From: Methanomassiliicoccales archaeon
Lineage (GTDB): Archaea; Thermoplasmatota; Thermoplasmata; RBG-16-68-12; SOIM01
Direction: 5' to 3'
Length of the DNA stretch: 64,000 nucleotides
Assembly (NCBI GenBank): GCA_030593885.1
Contig: JAUVGH010000004.1
Location: 13,783-77,782, forward strand
The notes below the pieces were generated by a model that had not been told where the DNA came from, ran no database searches, and saw only the letters and a program-made list of their open reading frames with translations. Of the stretch, positions 19,037 through 27,699 are shown piece after piece. The position numbers were made by a program, and so were the translations under genes. Every line of letters starts with the position of its first letter. Within the stretch, counting starts at the first letter, position 1.

Positions 19037-19717
19037 ATGAGCAGTGCGGTTGTACTACTATCCGGAGGGCTTGATTCGTGCGTCACCTTGGCCATCGCGA
19101 AGCAGGAGAACGACGATGTCTATGCATTGACATTCGACTACGGCCAGAGGCATGAGAAGGAAGTGGAGAGCGCCAAGAGGCTCGCAGAGCATTTTGGTGT
19201 TAAGAAACACATGATCCTAAGGATTCCTTTGGAGGAGGTTGCCGAATCAGCGCTCACCAGGGAAGAAGAGCCCATACCCGAACACGGTGCCGTTGAGGAG
19301 ATGACCCTCACGATCCCGCCAACTTACGTTCCTGGAAGGAACATCGTTCTCTTGAGCTACGCTCTCTCATGGGCCGAAAGCGTTCATGCGGACTTCATCT
19401 ACATTGGTGCACATACTCAGGATTATTCGGGTTACCCAGACTGCAGACCGGAGTTCCTCAAGGCCTTCCAGAACATGGCCAACCTCGGTACTCGGAGGGG
19501 AGCGGAAGGGAGACAGATCGAGCTCAAGTACCCGATAATCAACATGGCCAAGTCGGAGATAATATCCAAGGGGAGAGAACTGGAGGTTCCTTTTGAGCTC
19601 ACATGGAGTTGCTACGAAGGGGGAGAGAAGGCCTGCGGCAAGTGCGATTCATGCGTGTTCAGGTTGAAAGGGTTCGAAGAGGTCGGACTGAAAGACCCGC
19701 TGGAGTATGAGACATGA
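19037..19717 (+). CDS. queC: 7-cyano-7-deazaguanine synthase
   Basis: LLSGGLDS, FDYGQRH, TYVPGRN, YPDCRPEF, TWSCY, CGKCDSC. Confidence 0.97.
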   Translation: MSSAVVLLSGGLDSCVTLAIAKQENDDVYALTFDYGQRHEKEVESAKRLAEHFGVKKHMILRIPLEEVAESALTREEEPIPEHGAVEEMTLTIPPTYVPGRNIVLLSYALSWAESVHADFIYIGAHTQDYSGYPDCRPEFLKAFQNMANLGTRRGAEGRQIELKYPIINMAKSEIISKGRELEVPFELTWSCYEGGEKACGKCDSCVFRLKGFEEVGLKDPLEYET

Positions 19718-20343
19718 AGATCTGTGAGATATTCCATTCCATTCAAGGCGAGGGTGTGGACATGGGCACACCGACAGTGTTCATCAGGACATCAGGATGC
19801 CCGTTGAGATGCAAGTGGTGCGACACTCTCTACGCGTTTTCCGAAGGAGAGGAGATGTCCATCGACGAGATAATAACGAAGGTCGAAGGTTACGGCGTAT
19901 CCCGCGTTTGCGTCACTGGTGGTGAACCCCTTCTGCAGAAGGACATCTTCGCTTTGCTGGAGAGACTGCTGGAAAAGGATCACTTCGTGTCCGTGGAGAC
20001 CGGCGGTGCATTGCCTGTGGAAGAGATGCCCTGCATTGACAACATGAGGATCGTCCTCGACATCAAGTGTCCGTCCTCGGAGATGCACGAGAAGATGGAG
20101 TTCTCCAACATAGAGCTCCTGGGGCCCACCGATGAACTGAAGTTCGTCATTTCCGACCGGAAGGACTACGATTACGCCAAGGAGATAATCTCCAAGTACA
20201 AGCCCGTGTGCACGATCATAATGCAGCCGGTCTGGGGGAGCGACCTTAAGCAGCTCGTTGACTGGGTGATCAAGGACAAGCTAAATGCCAGGGTGCTCCC
20301 GCAACTTCACAAGATAATCTGGGGCGAGAAAAGGGGAGTCTAG
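19714..20343 (+). CDS. queE: 7-carboxy-7-deazaguanine synthase (radical SAM)
   Basis: EIFHSIQGEG, GCPLRCKWCDT, TGGEPL, PQLHK. Confidence 0.95.
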   Translation: MKICEIFHSIQGEGVDMGTPTVFIRTSGCPLRCKWCDTLYAFSEGEEMSIDEIITKVEGYGVSRVCVTGGEPLLQKDIFALLERLLEKDHFVSVETGGALPVEEMPCIDNMRIVLDIKCPSSEMHEKMEFSNIELLGPTDELKFVISDRKDYDYAKEIISKYKPVCTIIMQPVWGSDLKQLVDWVIKDKLNARVLPQLHKIIWGEKRGV

Positions 20344-21146
20344 GCGCCGATCCACACGTGACCGACGATCTTCTTGACAGTTGCTATCGCAGACAGAGCG
20401 GCCAGTACGCTGGTTCTGGGGTTCTCCTCCGACGGAAAGTTCCTCGCGTTGCATTCGATCTCGCCGAACTCTCCCTTGACGATCAACCTGTGAATGTTCC
20501 TCCTGATATTTGGGTCGGCCACTATCCTCACTGTTGTCTTCTCAAAACCCACTCCCGCAAGGCTCACAGTAGCAGCCACGTTTATGTTCTTGGGGAAGAG
20601 TCTCACGGCGTCCTGGGCATGGCCGTTGAAGACGGTTGTCGCCCTCTCGATCGCATCCAGGTCGATCCCTTTCTTCTTGAGATACTCCACATCCTTCAGC
20701 GCCGATGGATGTTTGTACGATATCAGGATGACTTCGTCTATTCTTCCAACTGACGCGGATATCAATCCATCCGTACCGCAAACCGCACCCGACGGAGCAT
20801 AGAGCTTGCAGTCGTTCTCCTTTGCCAGTGATTTGCATCTTTCGAATAGTTCCAGATCAACGAACGCGCCCACACTGAGCACGACCATGTCGGTTCCAGA
20901 TCCCAACACCAACGGAGCGTACTCTCCCACCGCTTCCTGGGAGGCCGATTCCACCACGAGTTCAACTTTGTCGAGAATCGAATCCAGGTCCGGAGCGTAG
21001 CTCACTTTCCTGCAGCTCTTCGCCAGTTCCTCGACCCTCTCCCTGTATCTGTCCACGATCAGAATGGACTCGATCTCATCCATCTTCTCAAGCTCTCTGG
21101 CTATGGTCGAGCCGATGAATCCTCCCCCGATGATGCAGATGTTCAT
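20340..21146 (-). CDS. nadX: L-aspartate dehydrogenase (NAD biosynthesis)
   Basis: IIGGGFIG, VESASQ, SVGA, PSGA, FPKNINVAA, NPRTS.LA. Confidence 0.93.
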   Translation of the reverse strand: MNICIIGGGFIGSTIARELEKMDEIESILIVDRYRERVEELAKSCRKVSYAPDLDSILDKVELVVESASQEAVGEYAPLVLGSGTDMVVLSVGAFVDLELFERCKSLAKENDCKLYAPSGAVCGTDGLISASVGRIDEVILISYKHPSALKDVEYLKKKGIDLDAIERATTVFNGHAQDAVRLFPKNINVAATVSLAGVGFEKTTVRIVADPNIRRNIHRLIVKGEFGEIECNARNFPSEENPRTSVLAALSAIATVKKIVGHVWIGA

Positions 21147-21226
21147 ATTCCCGACCCAGGGAGAATGGAGATTCCATAAAAACCTAACGCAAAATTGAAT
21201 TAGTGTGAACCAAATGGCTGGGCATC

Positions 21227-21631
21227 ATGAAGTACGAGTACATCGAGCACACCGCGGACATAGGGATAAAGGCATACGGAGAGTCTGTGGCAGAGTCTTT
21301 CGCCAACGCTGCTCTGGGGATGTTCAACGTGATGACCGACGTTTCAAAAGTGGAACCGATCGGGGAGTTCGACGTAAAAGTGGAATCCGACAACCTGGAG
21401 AATCTGCTCGTGGACTGGCTGGGGGAACTGCTCTTCCTGCACGAGACCCAGGACGTCCTGCTCTCGGAGTTCGACGTGAAGATCGACGGCCTTTCTCTTG
21501 ACGCCAAGGTCAGGGGCGAGACGATCGACAGAGAGAAGCACGAGCTCAAGGACGATGTCAAGGCCATTACCTATCACATGCTTGAAGTCAACCAGGAAGA
21601 GGGCTATCTCAAGGTCCTCCTGGATATCTGA
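21227..21631 (+). CDS. Archease
   Basis: YEYIEHTADIG, DWLGELL, VKAITYH, LDI C-terminus. Confidence 0.95.
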   Translation: MKYEYIEHTADIGIKAYGESVAESFANAALGMFNVMTDVSKVEPIGEFDVKVESDNLENLLVDWLGELLFLHETQDVLLSEFDVKIDGLSLDAKVRGETIDREKHELKDDVKAITYHMLEVNQEEGYLKVLLDI

Positions 21632-21639
21632 GGCGATAC

Positions 21640-22377
21640 ATGATCAAAGCGGTTACGTTCGACCTCTGGCACACGCTGATATACGAGCCGGACGACAAGT
21701 TCACCAGACGCACCAGGATGATCAGGATCCGGGACACCTGGAAGGCCCTCAAAGAGAACGGTCACAAGATCTCGCTTGACGAGGTGAAGGTAGGGTACCA
21801 TTCCCACGACTTCATGTTGGAGGAGGTCTGGTCCAGATGGGAGGACGTGACCGAGAGGACCCAGATCAGGATGCTGCTCGACTGTCTCGGGATAAAGAAG
21901 GGCAGGAAGGAACTGTACGTTGCGTTGAAGACGCCTTATGGGGACGCGTTGCTGGACAACATGCCTTCGCTGTCCGACGGGATTGATGACACATTGAAAG
22001 AGCTCAAAGACAGAGGCTATTCCCTGGGTTTGATATCTAACACTGGTAGGACCGCAGGAAGGGGCATGAAAGAGGTCATGAAGAGGCTGGGCTTACTGCA
22101 TTACTTCGACGAACTTACATTCTCGAGCGACATGAAGATAAGGAAACCTCAAAGCAACATCTTCAACAGAACTCTAGGCAGCATGGGGGTGAAGACCAAG
22201 GATGCGGCTCATGTGGGAGACGACGTGATCACAGATGTACTGGCCTCAAGAAAGGCGGGGATGAAAGGGATCCTTTACGATATCGACGGTCGTGGCGACC
22301 TGGGCAGGGAGGTCGACGCCATAATCACCAGGTTCGATGAACTTCCTGACACACTCAAGAGAATGGGAGGAAAGTGA
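21640..22377 (+). CDS. HAD-superfamily hydrolase
   Basis: FDLWHTL, ISNTG, RKP, HVGDDVITD. Confidence 0.88.
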   Translation: MIKAVTFDLWHTLIYEPDDKFTRRTRMIRIRDTWKALKENGHKISLDEVKVGYHSHDFMLEEVWSRWEDVTERTQIRMLLDCLGIKKGRKELYVALKTPYGDALLDNMPSLSDGIDDTLKELKDRGYSLGLISNTGRTAGRGMKEVMKRLGLLHYFDELTFSSDMKIRKPQSNIFNRTLGSMGVKTKDAAHVGDDVITDVLASRKAGMKGILYDIDGRGDLGREVDAIITRFDELPDTLKRMGGK

Positions 22378-23336
22378 TGAAGTCATCTGCTGTGGCGCAT
22401 CCGATCCAAGGGCTGATCAAATACCACGGTCTGAGGGACCAGGCGCTCAGGTTGCCATTCCACGATTCCATTTCGGTTTGCACCTCACCGCTCCAGACCC
22501 ACACGACATTCGAGTTCGGGGACTTCCCGGAGAACGAGGTTGTCATAGATGGTGAGCCAGTTGCCGGCAGGGAACTGGAACGCGTCTGCACGGTCGTTGG
22601 AGCCGTCATGAGAAGGTCAGGGACAACACAGAACTTCAAGATGCATTCCAAGAACAACTTCCCTTCCAACGTCGGACTTGGCGCTTCGTCATCCGGTTTT
22701 GCGGCTCTTGCGGTCGCGGCGGCAGATGCGGCAGGCCTGGAACTGGACCTGCGTCAGATATCCACGATAGCCAGACTTGGTGCCGGGTCCGCTGCCCGTT
22801 CTGTCACGGGTGCGTTCTCCAGATGGAAGAAAGGCCTCAGTGACTCCGATTCGTATTCGGTCCAGATGGCCTCCGAGGAGCTGCAGATGGGGATACTGAT
22901 AGCACTGATACCCGCCTACAAGCTCACGGAGGACGCCCACAAGGAGGCTCTCTCCTCCCCGTACTTCCAGTCAAGGCTTGCGGAAATGCCGATGATGCTG
23001 GACAAGATGGAATTGGCGATCAGGAACGGCGACGTGGGGAAGATATGCCAGCTGGCCGAACGGGACACCCTGCTGCTTCACGGGATAACATCCACAGGCG
23101 CGGGGGAGCTTCTTCTTTGGAGACCTGAGACTCTTCGCGTGATAATGAAGGTCAGGGCACTCAGGGACGAAGGCGTTCCTGCGTTCTTCTCCATAGACAC
23201 CGGTGCGACCGTTTACGTCAACACCTTCTCCGACCGCGTGGCCGAGGTCAAGAGCAGCCTGGACGAGATGGGGATCGAGATCATCGAATGTACGGTCGGC
23301 GGTGAAGCCGAGGTCGTGGACGAGCATCTGTTCTAG
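22374..23336 (+). CDS. mvaD: Phosphomevalonate decarboxylase, haloarchaea-type (GHMP/MDD family)
   Basis: AHPIQGLIKYHG.RD..LPFHDSISVCT, NFPSNVGLGASSSGFAA, GSAARSVTG, FSIDTGATVY; closely resembles the Haloferax enzyme as I recall it. Confidence 0.85.
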   Translation: MMKSSAVAHPIQGLIKYHGLRDQALRLPFHDSISVCTSPLQTHTTFEFGDFPENEVVIDGEPVAGRELERVCTVVGAVMRRSGTTQNFKMHSKNNFPSNVGLGASSSGFAALAVAAADAAGLELDLRQISTIARLGAGSAARSVTGAFSRWKKGLSDSDSYSVQMASEELQMGILIALIPAYKLTEDAHKEALSSPYFQSRLAEMPMMLDKMELAIRNGDVGKICQLAERDTLLLHGITSTGAGELLLWRPETLRVIMKVRALRDEGVPAFFSIDTGATVYVNTFSDRVAEVKSSLDEMGIEIIECTVGGEAEVVDEHLF

Positions 23337-23342
23337 TCGCAC

Positions 23343-23356
23343 AAAACGATTTAAGC
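23343..23356 (+). promoter_or_regulatory. Probable BRE/TATA for adk
   Basis: AAAACGATTTAAGC ends about 22 nt before ATG 23378. Confidence 0.5.
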
Positions 23357-23377
23357 CATAGTCCTTTTTCTGTGTCG

Positions 23378-24019
23378 ATGAAGATCGCCCTTATCAGCCC
23401 TCCCGCTTCCGGAAAGGGTACACAGGCCAAATGGATTTCCAGGAAGTTCGGCATTCCGATAATCTCTACCGGGGGCATGCTCAGGAAGCACGTTGCGGAC
23501 CGAACCGAAGTTGGGATGCTGTCACAGGAGGATATGAATCAGGGGAAGCTGGTCTCGGACGACATCGTCATAAAGATGATGGAAGCCAGATTGAGGAAAG
23601 AGGACTGCAAGAACGGATTCCTTCTGGACGGCTACCCCCGAACCATGCGCCAGGCTAGGGCCCTGTCATCCGCAGAAGGATTGGATGTCGTTCTATACCT
23701 GGAAGTGGGGGATGAGGAGATCGTCAGGAGAATGTCAGGACGGAGGGTGTGCCCCAACTGCGAAGCGGTCTATCACATCATCAACGATCCACCCGAGTCC
23801 GAAGACGTCTGCGACAAATGCGGTTCGAAGCTGATCATCAGGGAGGACGACAAGGAGGAGACGGTCAGGAAAAGGCTGGAGGTATTCAAGGAGAAGACAT
23901 CACCACTGGTGTCATTCTACTCCGAAAAGGGGATTCTCAGAAGGGTGGAAGCCAGCGGGCCCATAGAAGATACCAAGAAGAACGCAGAGAGAGCGCTGGA
24001 GCATTTGGGCAACCTATAA
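23378..24019 (+). CDS. adk: Adenylate kinase (bacterial-type, zinc LID)
   Basis: PPASGKGTQA, ISTG, GFLLDGYPRT, GRRVCPNC...CDKCG...REDD. Confidence 0.95.
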   Translation: MKIALISPPASGKGTQAKWISRKFGIPIISTGGMLRKHVADRTEVGMLSQEDMNQGKLVSDDIVIKMMEARLRKEDCKNGFLLDGYPRTMRQARALSSAEGLDVVLYLEVGDEEIVRRMSGRRVCPNCEAVYHIINDPPESEDVCDKCGSKLIIREDDKEETVRKRLEVFKEKTSPLVSFYSEKGILRRVEASGPIEDTKKNAERALEHLGNL

Positions 24020-24057
24020 ATAGCGTGGTTTCAATTCAAATCACTGGTCGAGGGACA

Positions 24058-24348
24058 ATGGACGATTTCAGCTGGAAAGTTTTAAGCGTGGTAGCTAGGA
24101 GAGGCTATCTGGGTGCCACGCGCGAGGACTTCTTCAAGGAGATTCGTGGGGTCCAATACAAAGCATTGGAGGGGGAGCTGAGGGAGCTTGAGAAGGAGGG
24201 AAGCATCGAGGTCGAATGGACAGGTCCCAACAAGTTCATAATTACCATCACGACCCAGGGCAGCAAGATCGTCGCGGACGAGTACAAGAAACGGATAACG
24301 GACTACGAGCAGGCCACCAAGGAGCAGGCTAAACAGTACGAGGAGTAG
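24058..24348 (+). CDS. Small winged-helix-like hypothetical protein
   Basis: 96 aa; L.ELEKEG.IE...IT.QG pattern. The upstream part of the listed ORF overlaps adk and is discarded. Confidence 0.6.
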   Translation: MDDFSWKVLSVVARRGYLGATREDFFKEIRGVQYKALEGELRELEKEGSIEVEWTGPNKFIITITTQGSKIVADEYKKRITDYEQATKEQAKQYEE

Positions 24349-24404
24349 CCTCTCGAATACCTTTTTGGAAAAGTGAATTAAATCAGAATACGATTCCAGT
24401 ACGA

Positions 24405-24478
24405 GCCCGAGTGGGGTAGCTTGGATATCCTAGAGGCTTGCGGAGCCTCGGACCCGGATTCGAATTCCGGCTCGGGCA
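24405..24478 (+). tRNA. tRNA-Arg (anticodon GCG), no intron, CCA not encoded
   Basis: Acceptor GCCCGAG/CTCGGGC, anticodon arm GAGGC-TTGCGGA-GCCTC, T arm CCGGA-TTCGAAT-TCCGG, discriminator A. Confidence 0.93.
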
Positions 24479-24622
24479 TTCTCCAATGAGTCTGGGTGGA
24501 TTCGAGTGGGTTTGGGTTCGGAACCTTTGTATCCCAAAATCGTAGCAATGATGGAGGCCTGACTTGTACTTCTTGACTACAAATCATAGGTCATCTCCAA
24601 GACACAGGATTTCAGGACAAGG

Positions 24623-26395
24623 CTAAGAAGATTTCACAACCCATGTTGTCTCAGAATCCACCCAAATCCAGTATCCGTATCCTGCTTCAAAAGTCTCTAA
24701 ATCACCAAGCAAACGGAGATAATACGGGCTTGACAGTGAATCGAATCCCTCTATTCGTGAAGACCCAGTGCTCGATTTCAAATTTGTAGCGGTGAAAGAG
24801 GCATTGAAGGATGGAAAACCAACGAGGTTCCAACCTGTGTCAAGGTGGACACTCGTGCGGGAAGGTACCATTCCTGCTATGGTCAGATTTGAACTCCCAG
24901 TGACATTGATCCAGAAACCGATTGTTCGATTCACACTATTCAAATCTCCAAAATAGGGCTTTGATTTATCAAAAGATCTCCATTGCTGGTTGACAGAATC
25001 AAAAAACCATACTCTGTCAAACGACACTGTTTGAAGAACCGCTCCAATGCTTTCGTTTGATGGGGCAAGCGGAATTGATACGAGATTCTGTCCTGCCGAA
25101 AGAGAACGGGTGAATTTGGCCGCTTGGTCTTCGGCACATGTGCTCTTGTTCTTCACATCCAGAGCACAGACTCTGTAGAAGTAATTGTCTGGATTCCCCT
25201 CTCCTGCCAAAACGTCGACGAACTCTGAGGTTCCGTTGACAAGGAATGTGTGGAAGGTGTAGCCCAAACCCTCGATGTCATAACTCACATTCCTGTAGAT
25301 CTGGTAACCAACAACGGACTTATTTCCCGTCCCGTCGTCTCCAGAAGGAGACCAAGCGAGGGTGACATTCTGGAAGCCCGCTCCACCCAAGGTGGCAAGC
25401 AACATTGTAGGAGGCTTGGGAGCCCCCATCCCAAAGGGAAACATGTGCGGGTATCGGTCTTGACTATCTGAGTCGATAACAAAGGGCGTGTCCCCAATAA
25501 CATCACTTCCCGGCTGGTCCTGGTTGGGGCCAGAGAGTAGGTCGAGACCAGTGTAATTGTCCCAATAGTTGCCTCCTGACGGGTATCCGTTGTCCCAAAG
25601 GTTGGCTCCATCATCATACGCCTGTTGTGCGTTATTTACAAGGTTGTTATGATAAGCCAAATTGCCATTGGACCCAAACATCAGAATGCCAGTTCCGGTG
25701 TTCAAATGGACGTCGTTACCCACCATCGTATTGTCTCTTGCGAACCAGAGGTAGAAGCCAAAACCGTTGTCTGTGGAGGTGTTGTTGGAGATTGTGTTGT
25801 TCTCGGAGTCGTAAAGGAAGATCCCATCGGTATTACCGGGGTATAGCGTGTTTCCGAATATGCTATTGTCAGAGGACGAAAAAAGGGTGATACCCCCTCG
25901 ATTATAAGACGCCGAATTATCCAAGACCGTATTATTGGCAGAGGAATCGAGGAAAATTCCCCATGTGTCGGAGATGGCGGTGTTGTTGGAGATATGACAG
26001 TTCTGAACCTGATAGAGTTCTATTCCGGAGTCCCCGCCATCAGGCCCGCTGTTCTTGACAGTGAACCAACTGATGTTAACCCAGTTAGCAGTAACATTGA
26101 CCACATCCCCACTACCACTCCCGTCGATTATCGTTGTATCTCGGTCTTCACCTATTAAGGACATCGGTAGGTCGACGACAACATGCTCATTGTATGTTCC
26201 GTTGTAGACGTAAACGATATCCCCAGGTGCAGAATCATTTATGGCGTCTTGTATTGTAGTGTAGTTACCTGGATTGGACCCGCCTACATAGCGAATAGTT
26301 GCCCTCGAGCTTTCTGGTAGAATCGTCACTACCGAACCTAATACACTCATAAACACAAAGTAGGCGACAAGAAGGCTCATCCTCTTATTGACCAT
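24623..26395 (-). CDS. Secreted NosD/CASH beta-helix protein with FN3-like domain and duplicated C-terminal module
   Basis: Signal peptide, YTTIQDAI, GTYNEHV, GI.L..S.NN repeats, WDNGYPSGGNYW, GDTP..D.YP, two L..G.NLV...G(F/Y)WI.V units. Confidence 0.85.
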   Translation of the reverse strand: MVNKRMSLLVAYFVFMSVLGSVVTILPESSRATIRYVGGSNPGNYTTIQDAINDSAPGDIVYVYNGTYNEHVVVDLPMSLIGEDRDTTIIDGSGSGDVVNVTANWVNISWFTVKNSGPDGGDSGIELYQVQNCHISNNTAISDTWGIFLDSSANNTVLDNSASYNRGGITLFSSSDNSIFGNTLYPGNTDGIFLYDSENNTISNNTSTDNGFGFYLWFARDNTMVGNDVHLNTGTGILMFGSNGNLAYHNNLVNNAQQAYDDGANLWDNGYPSGGNYWDNYTGLDLLSGPNQDQPGSDVIGDTPFVIDSDSQDRYPHMFPFGMGAPKPPTMLLATLGGAGFQNVTLAWSPSGDDGTGNKSVVGYQIYRNVSYDIEGLGYTFHTFLVNGTSEFVDVLAGEGNPDNYFYRVCALDVKNKSTCAEDQAAKFTRSLSAGQNLVSIPLAPSNESIGAVLQTVSFDRVWFFDSVNQQWRSFDKSKPYFGDLNSVNRTIGFWINVTGSSNLTIAGMVPSRTSVHLDTGWNLVGFPSFNASFTATNLKSSTGSSRIEGFDSLSSPYYLRLLGDLETFEAGYGYWIWVDSETTWVVKSS

Positions 26396-26459
26396 GTTCT
26401 CGGCACCCTCACTACTGAATCTGCTTAATGGTTATAATGGTTCTGAACCCAAAGAGGTG

Positions 26460-26484
26460 TCGACCTGGGCGGACTCGAACCGCT
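26460..26484 (-). other. tRNA-like 3' fragment (T arm plus acceptor 3' strand); possible attachment-site remnant
   Basis: Minus strand reads AGCGG-TTCGAGT-CCGCC-CAGGTCG-A; no D or anticodon arm upstream. Confidence 0.5.
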
Positions 26485-26493
26485 TGCCATCTT

Positions 26494-26554
26494 TTCTGTT
26501 ACGCCGTGACAGAATCCACACAGAAATGTCCATTCTGTAATTGAATAACAGAAC
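26494..26554. repeat. Four-box site, left copy
   Basis: TTCTGTTA-5nt-TGACAGAA-18nt-TTCTGTAA-5nt-TAACAGAAC. Confidence 0.85.
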
Positions 26555-26560
26555 TTTGGT

Positions 26561-27211
26561 TTATGTCCAGACATCTCTCGATCTCAACACAGCTCCGTAT
26601 TCCTTGAGAACATCAACAACATCCTCCGCTCGGGCGGACTCCACTAGAACCAGACCGGGACCCAGCTTCTCCCCAATATCCTCGATCAAGCCTGACGACT
26701 CGTTGACATAGACCTTACCTTTGACGCTCTTCTCGACCCTGTATCCGTACAGGGCCCTGTGAACCGCCATCTTCTCCCTCGGGGTCAGTCCGCTCAGAGA
26801 ATAGCTGATTATGGTCCTCGGTTGGAGCGAGGAATGCGGTTCCGTTAGCGTTCCAACGTCCGTTCTGATCCAGATGCCGATACCTTCCTTCATTACCTTC
26901 TTCAGGAAATCCAGTTCGGTACGTCCCATTTCGTTGACATTGTACATGACGAAAGAGAACGAGTGTTCCAGACCGCGTCTCTTCGAGACCTCCGAGGCAA
27001 TCTCGTGGGCGATCCTTCCCTCTCTCCTGGTCTCGGGGTTCCCCTTCATCTCAAACAACAGGAGAATATCGATATCGCTCTTCTTGTGGACCTCTCCCAC
27101 TGCAACCGAGCCAAACAGCATGGCTGCCCTGAGATGCGGCACTCTTTCGAGCCGATTGATGAAGTCGATCAGCGGCAGGGCGAATTCCTCTGGGATCACT
27201 TTCGGCACCAA
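26561..27211 (-). CDS. Minimal nucleotidyltransferase (MNT) antitoxin-like protein with an extra ~90-aa C-terminal domain
   Basis: FGSVAVGEVHKKSDID fits GS-X10-DXD; start overlaps the HEPN stop. Confidence 0.85.
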   Translation of the reverse strand: MVPKVIPEEFALPLIDFINRLERVPHLRAAMLFGSVAVGEVHKKSDIDILLLFEMKGNPETRREGRIAHEIASEVSKRRGLEHSFSFVMYNVNEMGRTELDFLKKVMKEGIGIWIRTDVGTLTEPHSSLQPRTIISYSLSGLTPREKMAVHRALYGYRVEKSVKGKVYVNESSGLIEDIGEKLGPGLVLVESARAEDVVDVLKEYGAVLRSRDVWT

Positions 27212-27540
27212 CCTTCAATCTGTTCAATGATCTTCAATGTCTCTTCGACCACCTCTCCATCACCCTTTCCACCATACCACCTGCCGTGGCGCAGAGTGTC
27301 CAACCTCTCGAATAGCATGGCGATCGAGTCATCGTTCTTGGATCTCAGAAGAGCAGGTATTCCATAATGCACATCCTTGTGTTCGGCGTACTTGGTCTCC
27401 ATCCCATATGCGATCAAGTGGTGGATCATCCCGAAGGCGAGCTCCACTATCGATGAAACGTGTTCTTTCTCATCCTTCAGAAGATGCTCAATGCTTGCTT
27501 TGATTTCCTCCGCCTTCACTAGATGATCTGGGGCTTTCAC
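27196..27540 (-). CDS. HEPN-domain toxin-like protein (114 aa)
   Basis: GTG start preceded by GTGAT RBS; all-helical pattern with LRHGRWYG (R-X4-Y); paired with the MNT gene. Confidence 0.7.
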   Translation of the reverse strand: MKAPDHLVKAEEIKASIEHLLKDEKEHVSSIVELAFGMIHHLIAYGMETKYAEHKDVHYGIPALLRSKNDDSIAMLFERLDTLRHGRWYGGKGDGEVVEETLKIIEQIEGWCRK

Positions 27541-27548
27541 ATTATCAC

Positions 27549-27608
27549 TTCTATTATGCGTAACAGAATCAGGCCTACTTAAGACTTTCTGTAAGTATGT
27601 AACAGAAC
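27549..27608. promoter_or_regulatory. Four-box site, right copy, enclosing the likely HEPN-MNT promoter
   Basis: TTCTATTA-4nt-TAACAGAA-18nt-TTCTGTAA-5nt-TAACAGAAC; the minus strand across the spacer reads GAAAGTCTTAAGTA (BRE/TATA-like). Confidence 0.75.
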
Positions 27609-27699
27609 GGGAAGCGGAATATACCCTCAGAACCGACGCATGCACACACGTCACGAAAAAACAATAAACACCCCCCGTCATTGAGCTTTTGGAGGTCGA

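Noticed and set aside
18544-20343. queDCE as a 7-deazaguanine DNA-modification (Dpd) system
   Set aside because: No dpdA/TGT-like gene nearby; preQ0 supply for tRNA archaeosine is the ordinary explanation.
24490-24506. GTCTGGGTGGATTCGAG as a second copy of the tRNA-like fragment flanking the NosD gene
   Set aside because: Only 12/17 identity and no T-stem pairing; could be chance.
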